Positions 27,041-41,600 of a stretch of 64,000 nt of DNA are shown piece after piece; within the stretch, counting starts at the first letter, position 1, and every line of letters begins with the position of its first letter. The notes under the pieces were generated by a model that did not search any database, was not told the origin of the DNA, and saw nothing but the letters and a program-made list of their open reading frames with translations. The translations under genes and the position numbers were made by a program. Location: the NCBI GenBank assembly GCA_964016885.1, contig OZ024742.1, positions 234,484,001-234,548,000 of the forward strand. Reading direction: 5' to 3'. Source of the stretch: Eledone cirrhosa. Its lineage: Eukaryota.

Positions 27041-28384
27041 CACCTGCTGTCCTGTCACTACAGTGCCATCCGCCTTCCATGTCATGCTGCTTTCAACGGA
27101 ATCATAAAGTATGGCTTGGTTGTTGCAGGCTTCCCCTCCCAGTTTGAGCCGGCAGGGCTGGACTGAGGGGACAGCAAAAGGCCAGATGGCATGGCCATCT
27201 TCCCGTTCCATGGCAGTAAACCTCTCATCTGAGATTCCACATGCAGTGACACTTTCTCAAACAACCTGGTGCAGTCTGCAAATAATCCAGGCTCTGCTGC
27301 ACTACGGGCCAAGGATGGTAAACTCTCCAAATATTGGTTGCGCTCCAAAAGGTTTGCAGTTGAACCCATGGTAGTAGAAACTTCTGGTTTTGGGCCTTAG
27401 GACCACCTCCCTACTCACCACCATTGGCACGGAGTTGGCTACCTGCAAGTGTGAGCCTCGTGAGTTGGAGTGGCTCTTGCAAAGCGTTCCCCTCACCATC
27501 CTCTAGGGAAACGCCTTCTCTATTCTGTCCTCCGGGACTGTGGTGCGGCCGGCACATGGGCTCCCATTTGTATATAAGAATGAGATATGGGGAGAGCAAG
27601 AGAAATGGAGGCAGTGAGTGAAAAAGAGAAAATAACATTGTTGTGTTTGATAACTCTGACTTAAACAGTACCAGTAATATATTTTCTATTCTTTGTACAT
27701 AGTAAGAAAGAGAGGTTGTTTGTGTAAGAGAGGAAGAAAAAATACTAATACAGAAGGTGAAGCCTGAGAGTGAAGGATATAACAAATCTATTCTTATTAT
27801 GTATTTTGTATAATTTGTAGAGTATTGGACAAAAGGCCTTGCATTATTTTGTTATGAGTTCAAATTGCAGCAGAACTGAATTTGCTTTTCATCCTTACAG
27901 GATCAATAAAATACGTATCATTCAAGTTGTGAATGTAATATAATCAACTATGAACACCCCCTCACCCAGATTTATGCCCTTGTGCCTATTTTAGGAATCA
28001 ATATTTGTTTTGGTTATAGGTTACGGGTGGTGGCTTCGCAGTATCTGTAGAGCATTGAACAAAATGCCTTCAGTTCAAATCCTACTGTGGTCAACTTTGC
28101 TTCTAATCCTTCCAGGGTTGAAAAAAGTAAAGTATCAGTTCAGTACTGGGGTCAGTATAATTGACTATCCCCTGCCTTCAAATTGCTGGCCTTGTGCCAA
28201 TGCTAGAAAAAAATTATTTAGGTTATCTGTGTTTTATGTTTTTAACATACTTAGTATTGTGGTCTGTTTGTTTACCATACTGTTTGATTATATTTATGCA
28301 CTAAAAAATTAATAATAAATATATTTTAAGGAAAAAATTTAAAATAAAACTACTGTTGGCTGTTTGTCTGCAAGCTCCATAGTA

Positions 28385-29320
28385 ATTCTAATGAAATGGT
28401 TTACAATGCAACTAATTAGGCACACAATCAAGTTAGATGAGATGTGATTCAGTTTTATGCCAGGTAGGGACAACCCTGAGGATCTCTTCTTCATGAGACA
28501 ACTGCAGAAGTACTTAGCTAATAGTAAACCTCTGTACTTAGTATTTGTGGATCTGGAGAAGGCCTTGTGCACAGTTCCTCACTCAGTAATCTGTGGGTGC
28601 TTAGCAATCTAGGTGTAGATGAATGGCTTGTGAGGGCTATACATGCCATGTATAGAGGTGCAACCAGCAAGGTAGGAGTTGACGAGTACAGTGACACATT
28701 TAAGGTTCAGGCTTCCGTCCTTAGTGTCCATCTGTTCATCCTTGTTCTTCAAGCCATAGTAGAGGAGTTTTAAACTGGTTGTCCATAGAAATTCCTGCCC
28801 CTTTAGCTGAATCTGTGGACAAATTAGAGGTAAAATTCCAGACATTAAACACAAATCTGGGATTGAAAGGCCTCAAAGTAAACTTAGTAGTGACTATAGT
28901 CTTAATATGTATTAAAGAAGATAGGAGTCTCATACTGTCAGAGAAATAGCCTTGTTTAATATGTTGAAAAGGAGTGAGCAGAAATTCTATCAGGGGCACA
29001 CATTGTAATCTATGGATGCACAAGGAATGTAGTGGAATTACAGGCAGGTTAACTGAGAAGGTATACAGCAGATTTAAAGGAGGGAAAGGTGCTAAGAGCA
29101 CACATGAAATAGATTCTATAAATTATCCAGTAAATGTTACCTAGGTGATTTAATCAGCAGCAAGAGAGGTTGATCAGACATTGTAGTAACTAGAGTTAGA
29201 GCAGTTTAAATTTTTTTAGTTTGAATTTCTTTAGTTCAATGCCTGTAGGGAAAATGTGGAGAGAGAGAGTGAGTGCCAGAGAACTGCTGCAGCTCCAGGA
29301 AGGAATGACTTTCAAAAGTC
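28385..29320 (+). mobile_element. Old RTE LINE RT fragment
   Basis: Degenerate FVDLEKA, LGVDEWLVRAIHAMYRG, LFILVLQAIVEEF, and the remnant of the Cys/His finger. Confidence 0.8.
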
Positions 29321-30842
29321 TTTCATGTAGATGTCTATTCAGTAGTGTGACATAAAAGAATGATAAAAAGAGTAGACATAATTGTTGTTGTTTAACCCCA
29401 GGTCAACCCTTATTGAGCAGACCTATTATAAAAGATATTCCTAGATTGACTATCTTGTCTTTTTAGAATATGTAATAATACATTATCAAATGTGTCCTTT
29501 CCTTGTAGCTAGTCTGAAGTGTATAGAACTATGACTACTCTTCCAAATACATATCAAAATACTTGCATTGAGTTTGAAATTAAGACTCTCGTGTTGATAA
29601 TTCAGTAACATATCAACTTGGCCATTTTGCATTATTTGAAAATTTAATGCTTGGAAGTAGCTATGTAGTTCATACATTCAAATGATTATTTAGGTATATG
29701 GCTAAATCTTGGTTCTCATATGAGTGAAATGATCTGTCAATTACCAGTATTACCTCTTTTGATACTTCACACACACATACAGGTCTTTTGCAATTTACTG
29801 TTGCCTGTAGCAATAGCTTCTTAACGTGACCTTATTTCCGAAGCTTGCTATGATTTAATGCCACTGTGTTACCTGGAAACAATAACCAAGTTAAGGGTAG
29901 TAGCAGATTAGACTCATTAGCTCTTGTTAGTAACTTGTATAACATGTAGTACACCCTCAATATAATTCATGTAACCTGCAGATTTCTTTAGCCATCACAT
30001 CCGGCTCTCCACCAGGTTTAAAATATAGTTTTAGAATGCTAAAAATTTGAATTTTCTGAAAAGGTTCACTAGAAACTAGTATTTAACTATGTTATACACT
30101 TTAAAGAATTTGCACATTGAGAGGCTGGGAAATATATCCCACTCACAATGTACACATACACTATATTGTTGGTATAAGGCACCTAAAAGGGTAGCAAGCA
30201 AGCAAGCAAAGAATTTACCAGCGACACAGGTGGTGATGAAACTCTATTCCATCCAATTATTTCCCTGGGTGTAACTTCTATAGGTAGATTGTATTATCAA
30301 AATGTTCATGTTACAATATAGATTTTACTTTCAGTTTATTTCAGTTCTACATTCTTGCTCTATTAGCAGGCTGTAAGCAAGGATTTCTGACATTGATATA
30401 AATGTATTTACTGGCAAGCTTTAAATACTCTCTCATTTTTGATAGGTTATTTATTTATTTTTTAAATCTGAAACCAACCTTTAATAGATTGGAAAAGTTG
30501 CCAGCAATGGTTGATCTAGAATCAGTTTTCATGTTCATAAATACAATGTTTTCATCTGCTCCATATATCCAGTCATTTTGCATAGATTTATTGCCAATGT
30601 TTAATAGCTAAGTGCTTGTGTACTCACTTTGAGTTAATGCAAGAATATTCATATCATAAACATAACTTTTGACATCACCACCACCACCACCATCATCATC
30701 ATATTTAATAGCAATATTTTATTGCATGTTTCTATGGATACTTTACATATGTATATAAGTGATGTAGCATTATGTCTATTAGAATGTATGTTCTAAACAT
30801 AATCATTAGAGTTTAAGAAGACTAGCAAAATTTAGCACAGTA

Positions 30843-31443
30843 TCTAGGGCAAGTAAAATTCCCGAGATCCATGGACAAGTTCTCTCCAGCGGTCTCTGTC
30901 CCTCATTATCGCTGCCATGTCCTGCGTCTCCAATAGAGCAGTGTCTGTCCTCAGGGCATCAACATATGTTAACCTTGGTCTTCCTCTTCCAGTGTGTCCA
31001 TGTAGGGGCTCCCATAGGAGTGCTGAGTGCAATGTCAACTCTGGATGTCGGTGAGCATGTCCAGCTAACCTCAGTCTCCTCTGTGTCACTTTTGAGCTGA
31101 CTTTTGGGAGGCTCCCATACAGCTCTGAGTTTTTCATCCTCAGTGTATATACCATCCTCAGTGTATATTTCATCCTCAGTGTATATACCATACCTGAGAA
31201 TGAATGAGACTAAAACAAAATATCTGGTAGAGAATGTTGAGAAGCTAGAGGGGATCACTAATGTAGGTGGGAAGCTGCTGGAATTGGTTGAGGACTTCCT
31301 GTATTTGGGAGCAAAGATTGGGAATACGGAAGATGATGTGGTTGAGAGGAAGAGCAAAGCCTGGGCGGCGTGCCACAGCTTGAGATCGGTGCGGAAGTCG
31401 GACCTTCGTAAAGACCTGAAGATCCGCATCTTCATTGCTGTAG
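30843..31443 (-). mobile_element. 5'-inverted, truncated RTE-like LINE insertion with 11-bp TSD
   Basis: Minus strand 30844-31140 encodes the LINE C-terminus (RRLRLAGH...RGRPRLTYVD). Plus strand 31192-31443 encodes the upstream thumb region (KTKY...VEDFLYLG...KIRIF). TSD TTAGCACAGTA at 30832-30842 and 31444-31454. Confidence 0.88.
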
Positions 31444-32236
31444 TTAGCACAGTAGAAGCAACAAAATGAAATCCACTGAAATTTTTAACACTACTAAATT
31501 ACACAAGGCTATAGGAAAAACTATCTTTCCCTACTTTTTGCTCATGGGTACTTACTAAGAGGATCTTATTTATCAAATATGCTAAGGCTCGTAGTTTCTA
31601 GCAATGTTTCTGAAAAGTTTCTCATTTTGGGCATTATAAAAACCATATCAAGTAGTATGTTAATCCAATAGGGCATTTACTAAAACATTTTACTCTAGAA
31701 GGTTTAGTTATGCTGATCAGAAGTTTGCACCTGAAAGGTTACTTTCCAAGGTGTCTTTCCAAGCCTGGGCAAGCTGTCCTATGGAAGACTAGCAGTCAGC
31801 CATGCATACCAGTATACCCTCTCCACTCCACTGGTGTTGTTTAAGGGAAAGGCAAAGACTGATATAATTTGGCACCAGTGTTGTCACAACTAATTATTTC
31901 CAGTTGAGTGGACTGAAGCACCGTGAAATAAAGTGTCTTGCCCAAGAACACAATATACCACCTGATCCAGGAATTAAACCCATACCTTTATGATTGTGAG
32001 TAGAATACCCTAACCACTAAGTCACATGCCTTCACAAGTTCTAGTATTTACAATGAAGTACTGTTGTTATATCTAGAGTATAGATGTTATAATTTCATCA
32101 ATAACTCACTTCATTAACTGCATTCAATACAAAGATTTTCACTAAGATCCTTATTTGATTTTCATCTGGTTCTTTTACCCTCGTTGTAATCAGTTTTGCT
32201 CTTGCAAATTAACTAGCTGGACTTCGTTTATTTTAA

Positions 32237-32423
32237 CCCTTTAGCATTAGTAAAGGCTTTATCTTATATAATATCTCACATAAAATCGAATCTATGAGAT
32301 TTTGATATTATTCATTTTGAGAACAATACCTTAATGTAGGTGTGAGCAACCAGTTACAGCCAGTTTGAACAGAAAGAAGTGAGAGAGTTCTGGCCGGTCG
32401 CAGCCGGTTTAAATGCTAAAGGG
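32237..32423. mobile_element. piggyBac-like MITE
   Basis: TTAA|CCCTTTAGCATT...AATGCTAAAGGG|TTAA: a 12-bp perfect TIR with TTAA on both sides. Confidence 0.8.
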
Positions 32424-34033
32424 TTAAATTGCCTGATGCATAACTCCCTATCCAGACCTGTGAGAGTGATTTGGTTGATATTCAGCTACAGTTTCTTTAG
32501 GATGCTCTCTGTTTGGGATGGAAACAAAAGAAAAAATATATGAAGGCAGTTCAGGAATTCCAGTGAGATGGAATTTAGTGCAGAAGACTGAAGAGAGGAT
32601 TTAATCCAGATTTTGGCAGGTGAGATACAAGAGATGATGGGCAAAGGAAAAGTCCATACAATGGGTCAGCCAAAGTGAAGGTGATACATAGCTTGTAAGT
32701 TTATTAGAGAAAAAAAACTATGATATTGTTAGTACAGAAGTGACAGGGAGAAGAAACAGCACATCTGTAAGCCTATTCTTGTAGCAAGTTAAGGAATCAT
32801 TTTGGGATTTTGGGATACTAAAGATTGTTTGCACTTTTATGTAATATATAAGCAATCTGTAAAATAATATAGTAGGGAAAAATCAGTTTTTAAAATTTCA
32901 AAAGTATGTTAACCCTTTCGTTCTAATAAAATACATTGCATTTGAAATAGTTATTGAAGGATTTTTAGGAATTTACTAAAATTATTAATGATTCCATTAT
33001 TAAGATGGTATTTACAACATAATTTAATAAAATTAAAATTGCATTGGAAGGTTTGAATTTGAATAGAAATTCTTTAAAATAGGTTGTTTTGTTTCATAGA
33101 ACTAAAGGCGATTTTGAGCAGGTTAGTATCAAAAGGAATACAAATGTAATGACATGTTCAACTTTCATCAAACGTTTTATCATTTTTTTTTTTTTTTTTA
33201 TATATATAAAAGATAGCATGAAATTGAATATTGCTGGAATACATTCAAAATTGACGTTTTGAAATCAAGTTTAATTAAAGTGTGCTAAAGAGTGTGACTC
33301 TGTTATACAAAATACTATTTTAGTATGTTAAATAAAATCGTATAGTAATATATTTGATTCGGAAATAAGAGTTATTAGTTTAATTCTATAAATCAACCTT
33401 CAGAGCAAAAATGCTTATTTATGGAAACAACAAAAAAACAATGAAAGAAATTTAAGAAATAAATATGACTTACAGAGTATTTAGATATTATATAGAAGGA
33501 AAGTTATATAGTCAAACAGTAAACGGATTTATAGAAACATTCTCTCAAAACAGGAGTGTTGAGGAAGAGCGCATTACTTGATGTCCAACAGTAGCAGTCT
33601 TAGGGACAGCCGGGTACACTGGTTCCCACCTGACTTTCAATTCTGACTCTGGGACATTTTTAGCAGCATCCTGATAGCTGCTTCTGCTGGCAGGCTAAAC
33701 TTAGTAATAAACTGGCTGTTTGGAGAGGAGATGGGCACTATCAACCATTTCTAAGTCCTACTGAAAAGCCCTAGTGGATTTAGAGTCAGACGTCTAGAGT
33801 GGCACTCCAAGGACTAGTGGCACCAGTTGCAGGAACTTTATTGATTGATTGTGATATATCACCATCATCATTTGTTGAGAGGTGTATTTTTCATTCTGGT
33901 ATTGGTTAGATGGGTCTTCTCACTCTGCTATTCTTCATCATCTGACTTACATAACAACAGAGAAAGTCTGGCCAACTTTGTTAATTTACACACAGGTAAA
34001 AGCTTATATATATATATATACACACACAAATAC

Positions 34034-34064
<31 letters not shown>

Positions 34065-34307
34065 ATATACACACACACACACATACATATATATATTATA
34101 TATATATATATATATACAAATATAATTCAGCGAGAATCGTAATTCGGCTGGTAGAAAAAGCGAAACAAAACGCAAAATCGTAGAAATGCTGGCAAGTGGT
34201 CAATAGTTATATATCTATATATATAGAAACTCATACACATACAGAATTACATAAAAACATAGATACTTTTTTATGATTTCACTGTAATAACAATAGTTAT
34301 ATATATA

Positions 34308-34608
34308 TAAAGTTATGTTGGTGCCACAACATCCAGGCCGAAACAAATGAGATTGTGTAGGTGTCACGACAAAAAACACACAGTCCACGCTGTAATGTGG
34401 CCGTGTAGGTAACACGGTAAAAACCTCCCAGCCCCACACTGTAAATGTGGTTGGTGTTAGGAAGGGCATCCAGCTGTAGAAAACCCGCCAGACAGTCCTA
34501 TGCGAGCAATGACAACCACTCTTGCCTCAAGTGGGAAAACTCCCGTCCAAACCCATGCAAGCGTGGAACATGGACGTTAAACGATGATGATGATGATGAT
34601 GATGATGA
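34308..34608 (+). mobile_element. Headless non-autonomous RTE-type element (5'-UTR module + 3' tail)
   Basis: No tRNA head. Starts TAAAGTTATGTTGGTGCC, contains GGTGTTAGGAAGGGCATCCAGC, and ends CCCATGCAAGCGTGGAACATGGACGTTAAAC(GAT)n. Other copies at 50856, 52841 and 57004. Confidence 0.85.
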
Positions 34609-35608
34609 TATATATATATATATATATAGAAACTCATACACATACAGAATGACATAAAAACAGATACTTTTTTATGATTTCACTGTAATTAATTTTAAAA
34701 TTAGTTAAATAAAGAAATATTTACCTTTAATGTGATTTAGTATTTTATGTTTTATATCCTCCATTAAAAAAAATAAGAAGAAAAGTTATATACATATAAA
34801 TATATTCATTGATATAATTACATTTTTGTATTTCTTTCTCCAAAATAGTTGTCAAGTTCGTCCCTAACTTTCACACACCATTGGCTCCAATCTTGAGACC
34901 TTTGGGGTTAGGCTTCATTTCGAAAATTCCTTGTGTTCGACACTTAATGATAAAAGTTCAGTCTCTGGGAAGTCCTGAAGGCAAGTCATGCTGCACACTG
35001 CTGTTCCAGATCAAGCCAAATTGACATTACCAATATTTATGTTAAAAATATACATTAGGTGTCTCCTGAGGAGTCATTTTAGTTACCTCCCTTGTTTATT
35101 GTTCAGGAATCATAGAAAATGATTCCTTAATGGTTTAATATAACAAGATATAGTTTTATGGATGATTAGAGGAGGAGCAATGCTCAAGAACTTTTGTAGG
35201 CTCATCCTAAAAATAATATGTGTATATGTGTGTGTGTTGGTATGTGGCTTAATGGTTAGGTATGTGGCTTAATGGTTAGGATGTTCAGCTCATGATTGAA
35301 AGGTGAGTTCATATGGCATGTTTTGTCCTTGAGCAGAACACTGTATTTCACATTGCTCCAGTCCACTCTGCTGGCAAAAATCTGTTGTATCTATAATTCA
35401 AAGATCAGCCTTCTTGCACATTGTACCATGCTATATTTCCCTGAGAATTACATCAAGGGTCTATATGACTGTGGAGTGCTTAGCCACTTGCATTTAAATA
35501 TCATGAGCAGCACATTTTGTTCTTTGAACGACTGGAACGCTCAGCATCAGAACCGATGTAAGTCTAAGATATATGTATATGTATATATGTAAATATGTAT
35601 GTTTATAT

Positions 35609-35920
35609 GGAGGCACATGGCTTAGTGGTTAGAGCATTAGCCTTGCAATCTAAAGGTTGTGAGTTCAATTCTCAGACTGGGTGATGTGTTGTTTCCTTGA
35701 GCAAGACACTTTATTTCACATTGCTCCAGTTTACTCAGCTGTAGAAATGAGATGATAGGGACTGGAGGTGCCACAGCAAAAAAGCACCTAGCACTCACTG
35801 AAAATGAGGTTGGTGTTAGGAAGGGCATCCAGCTGTAGAAATCAAGCCAGAATCAGTTCCTCGTTCCACCCTTGCAAGCAGGGAAAAGCGGACGTAAAAG
35901 GATGATGATGATGATGATGA
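35609..35920 (+). mobile_element. tRNA/CORE/RTE-tail SINE, copy 3 (internal ~40-bp deletion)
   Basis: Same head, core and (GAT)n tail. Lacks the ggtccatatc...gtggtcgt segment. Confidence 0.88.
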
Positions 35921-36946
35921 TATATGAACATATATATATATACACATATGTGGTTGGCATTAGGAAGGGCATCCAGACCAAACCAAAATCATCCCTGTGT
36001 GAGCGAAACACGGTCCTCCAATCTGACCTCTCTCAAAGGGACAGCCCGTCCTACCCACGCTAGCGTGGAAAATGGACATTAAACGATTATTATGATGATG
36101 ATGATGATGACGATGATATATATATATATTGATGATGATATAAATGTATAAAAACAATCTATTTTTAGAATCTTTGAGTGATAGGAAGTATGAATTTGAA
36201 AGAAGCATCAATGTTGATTGACTATGAAAAATAGTCTTAGAAGTTGGATATATAAACCTTGATGATGAAAAAAATGTGTACAGTGTCGCATATATACCTA
36301 CCTACTTGTGTGTATGATATTTGTTGCCAAAGTAAGGTATCTTGTCTCATTTAAGGTCACAGGCTCAGGAATGTGAGAGCAACTGGATCTTGAGCAAATG
36401 CTGAAGATTCCTAAAATAACCATAACCATTCCTTACACAATAGCTTTTTTTTTTTTTGCATAACAGAGTAACGATCTCCTAGAGAAATGCCTTAATGAAA
36501 GCTGCTAAGAGGTGCATCGCTCCCAGTGACCTTAAATCATGCTGGATACTAATCTGAAATTTCTCAGTCACTGTGTTGTTGGAAGATAGTGTTTGACTGA
36601 GCGCTATAGGCAATATGTAGATCTAAAATTATATATACTATTAGGCTTTTAGCTGCATTAAACATTTAAGTAATAAGTTTTGATGGTAATTGTCACACCT
36701 TGCTTGTTTGATTGCATTGCACAGACTTTTAACCAATTCCCCTACCAACCTCTATATTATTCTTCTGGTTCCCTTCCATCTCAGAACCTCATCTATGTTC
36801 TTATCTTCCCAATTTCCCATTTTTGTCTACCTTTACCCCATTTACAAAGTAGTGGTAGTAGTAATAGTACTTCATGCTTTCTCGCGCTCTCCCTCTTTCT
36901 CTCTCACACACACACACACACACACACTCTCTCTCTCACACACACA

Positions 36947-36977
<31 letters not shown>

Positions 36978-37137
36978 TCTCTTTCTCTCTCTCTCTCTTG
37001 TTGAGAAAATTGGATAAAGTATCCCAGGGGTAAATATGTACAGAGATGCCTGCAAGGAAGTATATACTGCATTTCTTGGATGCTGGGCAATTGGATTAAC
37101 CACTATGCTAAAGAGTGGTAACTTTGCTAGTGTATAT

Positions 37138-38430
37138 ACAGGGTGATTAAAAAAAAACTCTGTCCATTTTTCTTTTTCTCTACATTATTCATCTTTTGAC
37201 AGAAACTGATGAAACTCCAAATATATTTAGATCAAACCATTAAAGTAATGTATCAAAAATTCACTATCTTCTGATGTTTCTGTCCTGAGTTACAGCACAT
37301 GTTCCAAGTGAACCCTCATTTGAATCCATTCATTTTTGAGGTGCATGAATTTTAGAATAACATCTTTACAAACAGACCTAGGTACAGCTCTGATCTCTTC
37401 CCTGGTGTGTTCCTTTAGTTCAGTGATGGTCCTAGGTTTGTTGACACATGCCCTATCCTTCAGAAAACCACAAAGAATGAAATCTGGGGGGCTGTGTGGG
37501 GTCCTCTCAAAATAAGTCTTCAAACTGATACATGATTTCCAAAGTTATTTTTCAGCAATTTCCATGTGAGAGCTTGCCCGATCTTGCTAGAACCAGAACT
37601 TATTCATTAGAGATGGGTAAATGGTCTGTAGCTCCTTTTTGAAGTCTTCCAGGGCCTCCTTTGTGATTGTAGCAGTGATACCATTTTCTTCAAAGAAGAA
37701 TGAGACAATCAAGCCTCTCTCAAATGGCAGCCCAGATGGCACATTTAGCCTAGTGGAGAGGTTTCACAGACAATTTAGTGGGTTTCTCTGACTCCCAGAA
37801 CACATTGTTCTTAGAGTTAATCTTCCCTCTAAGTGAATGTAGGATTCATCAGAGGTCCACAGTTGATTCAGAAAATTTTGATTGCTTTCCATCTTCAACA
37901 TTTTCTCATTCTTGGTCTTATCAGCTGCACTAAGTTTTTATTTAGTCTGTATTCTGTAGGAGTACTTAAGATCCTTTTTGACAACTCTTCTGAAAGTTTC
38001 TGTGAAGAGACCCAAGGATTGGCTTCTCCTGCACAGTGATCATTTTCGGCTATATTTAACTGACTCTCGGACCATGTCAATAACTTCCTGTGTACACTTC
38101 ATGGGTCATCAAGAATGTGTAGAACAGTCCTCAGAAATTGTATTGAGTTCTCCACTGTCCCATAAGTCTCAAACTTCTTCTCCCAGTTTTGTATATTGGT
38201 TTTGAAGGGAGATTTGTCTGTTATAAAATTTTTCCTGGACCTGCTTGTATGAGCCACACTTATAGTAGTGTTTTACACAGAAAATCTGGTGCTAGAGCTT
38301 CCATTGAGATCTTGTCTTCACAGATATGTCATGAAATTAAAGTTGATTGGTTAGAAAATGAATATATAATGACACAAAATAATTGCAGAGCCAGTTTTTT
38401 TTTAGTTATTATATCAGCATCACTGTTTTA
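37138..38430 (-). mobile_element. Tc1/mariner-superfamily transposon fossil
   Basis: TA-CAGGGTG terminus at 37138. Minus translation SPPDFILCGFLKDRACVNKPRTITELKEHTREEI is typical of Tc1/mariner transposase C-termini. The opposite end is degenerate. Confidence 0.75.
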
Positions 38431-38669
38431 GATCTATTTACCATGGTTGCATTGGTTAGACAGGTTGTCATGTCTTGATGCTAAACAGGTCAGATGACAG
38501 TGTCTTGCTCATATGTTCCATTCTGGCATGATTTGTATAGCTAGATGCTTTTCTTAATGCCAACTATTTCATGGGATGTACAGAGTTCATTTTCTTGTGG
38601 TAGCAACACTATCACCTGCCAAGGTGGACTGGTTTTGTTTTTTAAATTTAATTTTTTGATTTTGTAGAA

Positions 38670-41600
38670 CCAGCACTACCACTTTACAGTATGGGCTGGA
38701 TACATTTTGTCATGACACCAACATTACAACTTTACAGTGTGAACTGGATGCCATTTTATTGTGACACCATCACTACCACTTTACAGTGTGGGCTAGGTGC
38801 ACTTTATTGTGACACCATCACTACCACTTTACAGTGTGGGCTAGGTGCACTTTATTGTGACACCATCACTACCACTTTACATTTTGGGATAGGTGCACTT
38901 TATTGTGACACCATTACTACCACTTTACAGTATGGGCTAGGTGCACGTTATTGTGACACCATCACTACCACTTTACAGTGTGGGCTAGGTGCACTTTATT
39001 GTGACACCATCACTACCACTTTACAGTGTGGGATAGGTGCACTTTATTGTGACACCATCATTACCACTTTACAGTGTGGGATAGGTGCACTTTATTGTGA
39101 CACCATCACTACCACTTTACAGTGTGGGCTAGGTGCACTTTATTGTGACACCATCACTACCACTTTACAGTGTGGGATAGGTGCACTTTATTGTGACACC
39201 ATCACTACCACTTTACAGTGTGAGCTAGGTGTACTTTATTGTGACACCATCACTACCACTTTACAGCGTGGGCTAGGTGCACTTTATTGTGACACCATCA
39301 CTACCACTTTACAGTGTGGGCTAGGTGCACTTTATTGTGACACCATCACTACCACTTTACAGTGTGGGCTAGGTGCACTTTATTGTGACACCATCACTAC
39401 CACTTTACAGTGTGGGCTGGATGCCATTTTCTTATGACACCATCACTACCACTTTCCATTTTGGGATAGGTGCACTTTATTGTGACACCATCACTACCAC
39501 TTTACAGTGTGGGCTGGATGCCATTTTCTTATGACACCATCACTACCACTTTACAGTGTGGGCTAGGTGCACTTTATTGTGACACCATCACTACCACTTT
39601 ACAGTGTGGGATAGGTGCACTTTATTGTGACACCATCACTACCACTTTACAGTGTGGGATAGGTGCACTTTATTGTGACACCATCACTACCACTTTACAG
39701 CGTGGGCTAGGTGCACTTTATTGTGACACCATCACTACCACTTTACAGTGTGGGCTGGATGCCATTTTATTGTGACACAATCACCACCACTTTACAGTGT
39801 GGGCTAGGTGCACTTTATTGTGACACCATCACTACCACTTTACAGTGTGGGCTGGATGCACTTTATTGTGACACCATCACTACCACTTTACATTTTGGGA
39901 TAGGTGCACTTTATTGTGACACCATCACTACCACTTTACAGTGTGGGATAGGTGCACTTTATTGTGACACCATCACTACCACTTTACAGTGTGGGCTAGG
40001 TGCACTTTATTGTGACACCATCACTACCACTTTACAGTGTGGGCTAGGTGCACTTTATTGTGACACCATCACTACCACTTTACAGTGTGGGCTGGATGCC
40101 ATTTTATTGTGACACCATCACTACCACTTTACAGTGTGGGCTAGGTGCACTTTATTGTGACACCATCACTACCACTTTACAGTGTGGGCTGGATGCCATT
40201 TTCTTATGACACCATCACTACCACTTTCCATTTTGGGATAGGTGCACTTTATTGTGACACCATCACTACCACTTTACAGTGTGGGCTGGATGCCATTTTC
40301 TTATGACACCATCACTACCACTTTACAGTGTGGGCTAGGTGCACTTTATTGTGACACCATCACTACCACTTTACAGTGTGGGATAGGTGCACTTTATTGT
40401 GACACCATCACTACCACTTTACAGTGTGGGATAGGTGCACTTTATTGTGACACCATCACTACCACTTTACAGCGTGGGCTAGGTGCACTTTATTGTGACA
40501 CCATCACTACCACTTTACAGTGTGGGCTGGATGCCATTTTATTGTGACACAATCACCACCACTTTACAGTGTGGGCTAGGTGCACTTTATTGTGACACCA
40601 TCAATACCACTTTACAGTATGGGCTGGATGCACTTTATTGTGACACCATCACTACCACTTTACATTTTGGGATAGGTGCACTTTATTGTGACACCATCAC
40701 TACCACTTTACAGTGTGGGATAGGTGCACTTTATTGTGACACCATCACTACCACTTTACAGTGTGGGCTAGGTGCACTTTATTGTGACACCATCACTACC
40801 ACTTTACAGTGTGGGCTAGGTGCACTTTATTGAGACACCATCACTACCACTTTACAGTGTGGGATAGGTGCACTTTATTGTGACACCATCACTACCACTT
40901 TACAGTGTGGGCTGGATGCACTTTATTGTGACACCATCACTACCACTTTACAGTGTGGGCTAGGTGCACTTTATTGTGACACCATCACTACCACTTTACA
41001 GTGTGGGATAGGTGCACTTTATTGTGACACCATCACTACCACTTTACAGTGTGGGATAGGTGCACTTTATTGTGACACCATCACTACCACTTTACAGTGT
41101 GGGCTGGATGCCATTTTCTTATGACACCATCACTACCACTTTGGGATAGGTGCACTTTATTGTGACGCCATCACTACCACTTTACAGTGTGGGCTGGATG
41201 CCATTTTCTTATGACACCATCACTACCACTTTGGGATAGGTGCACTTTATTGTGACACCATCACTACCACTTTACAGTGTGGGGTGGATGCCATTTTCTT
41301 ATGACACCATCACTACCACTTTAGGATAGGTGCACTTTATTGTGACAATATCACTACCACTTTACAGTGTGGGATAGGTGCACTTTATTGTGACACCATC
41401 ACTACCACTTTACAGTGTGGGCTGGATGCCATTTTCTTATGACACCATCACTACCACTTTGGGATAGGTGCACTTTATTGTGACACCATCACTACCACTT
41501 TACAGTGTGGGATAGGTGCACTTTATTGTGACACCATCACTACCACTTTACAGTGTGGGCTAGGTGCACTTTATTGTGACACCATTACTACCACTTTACA

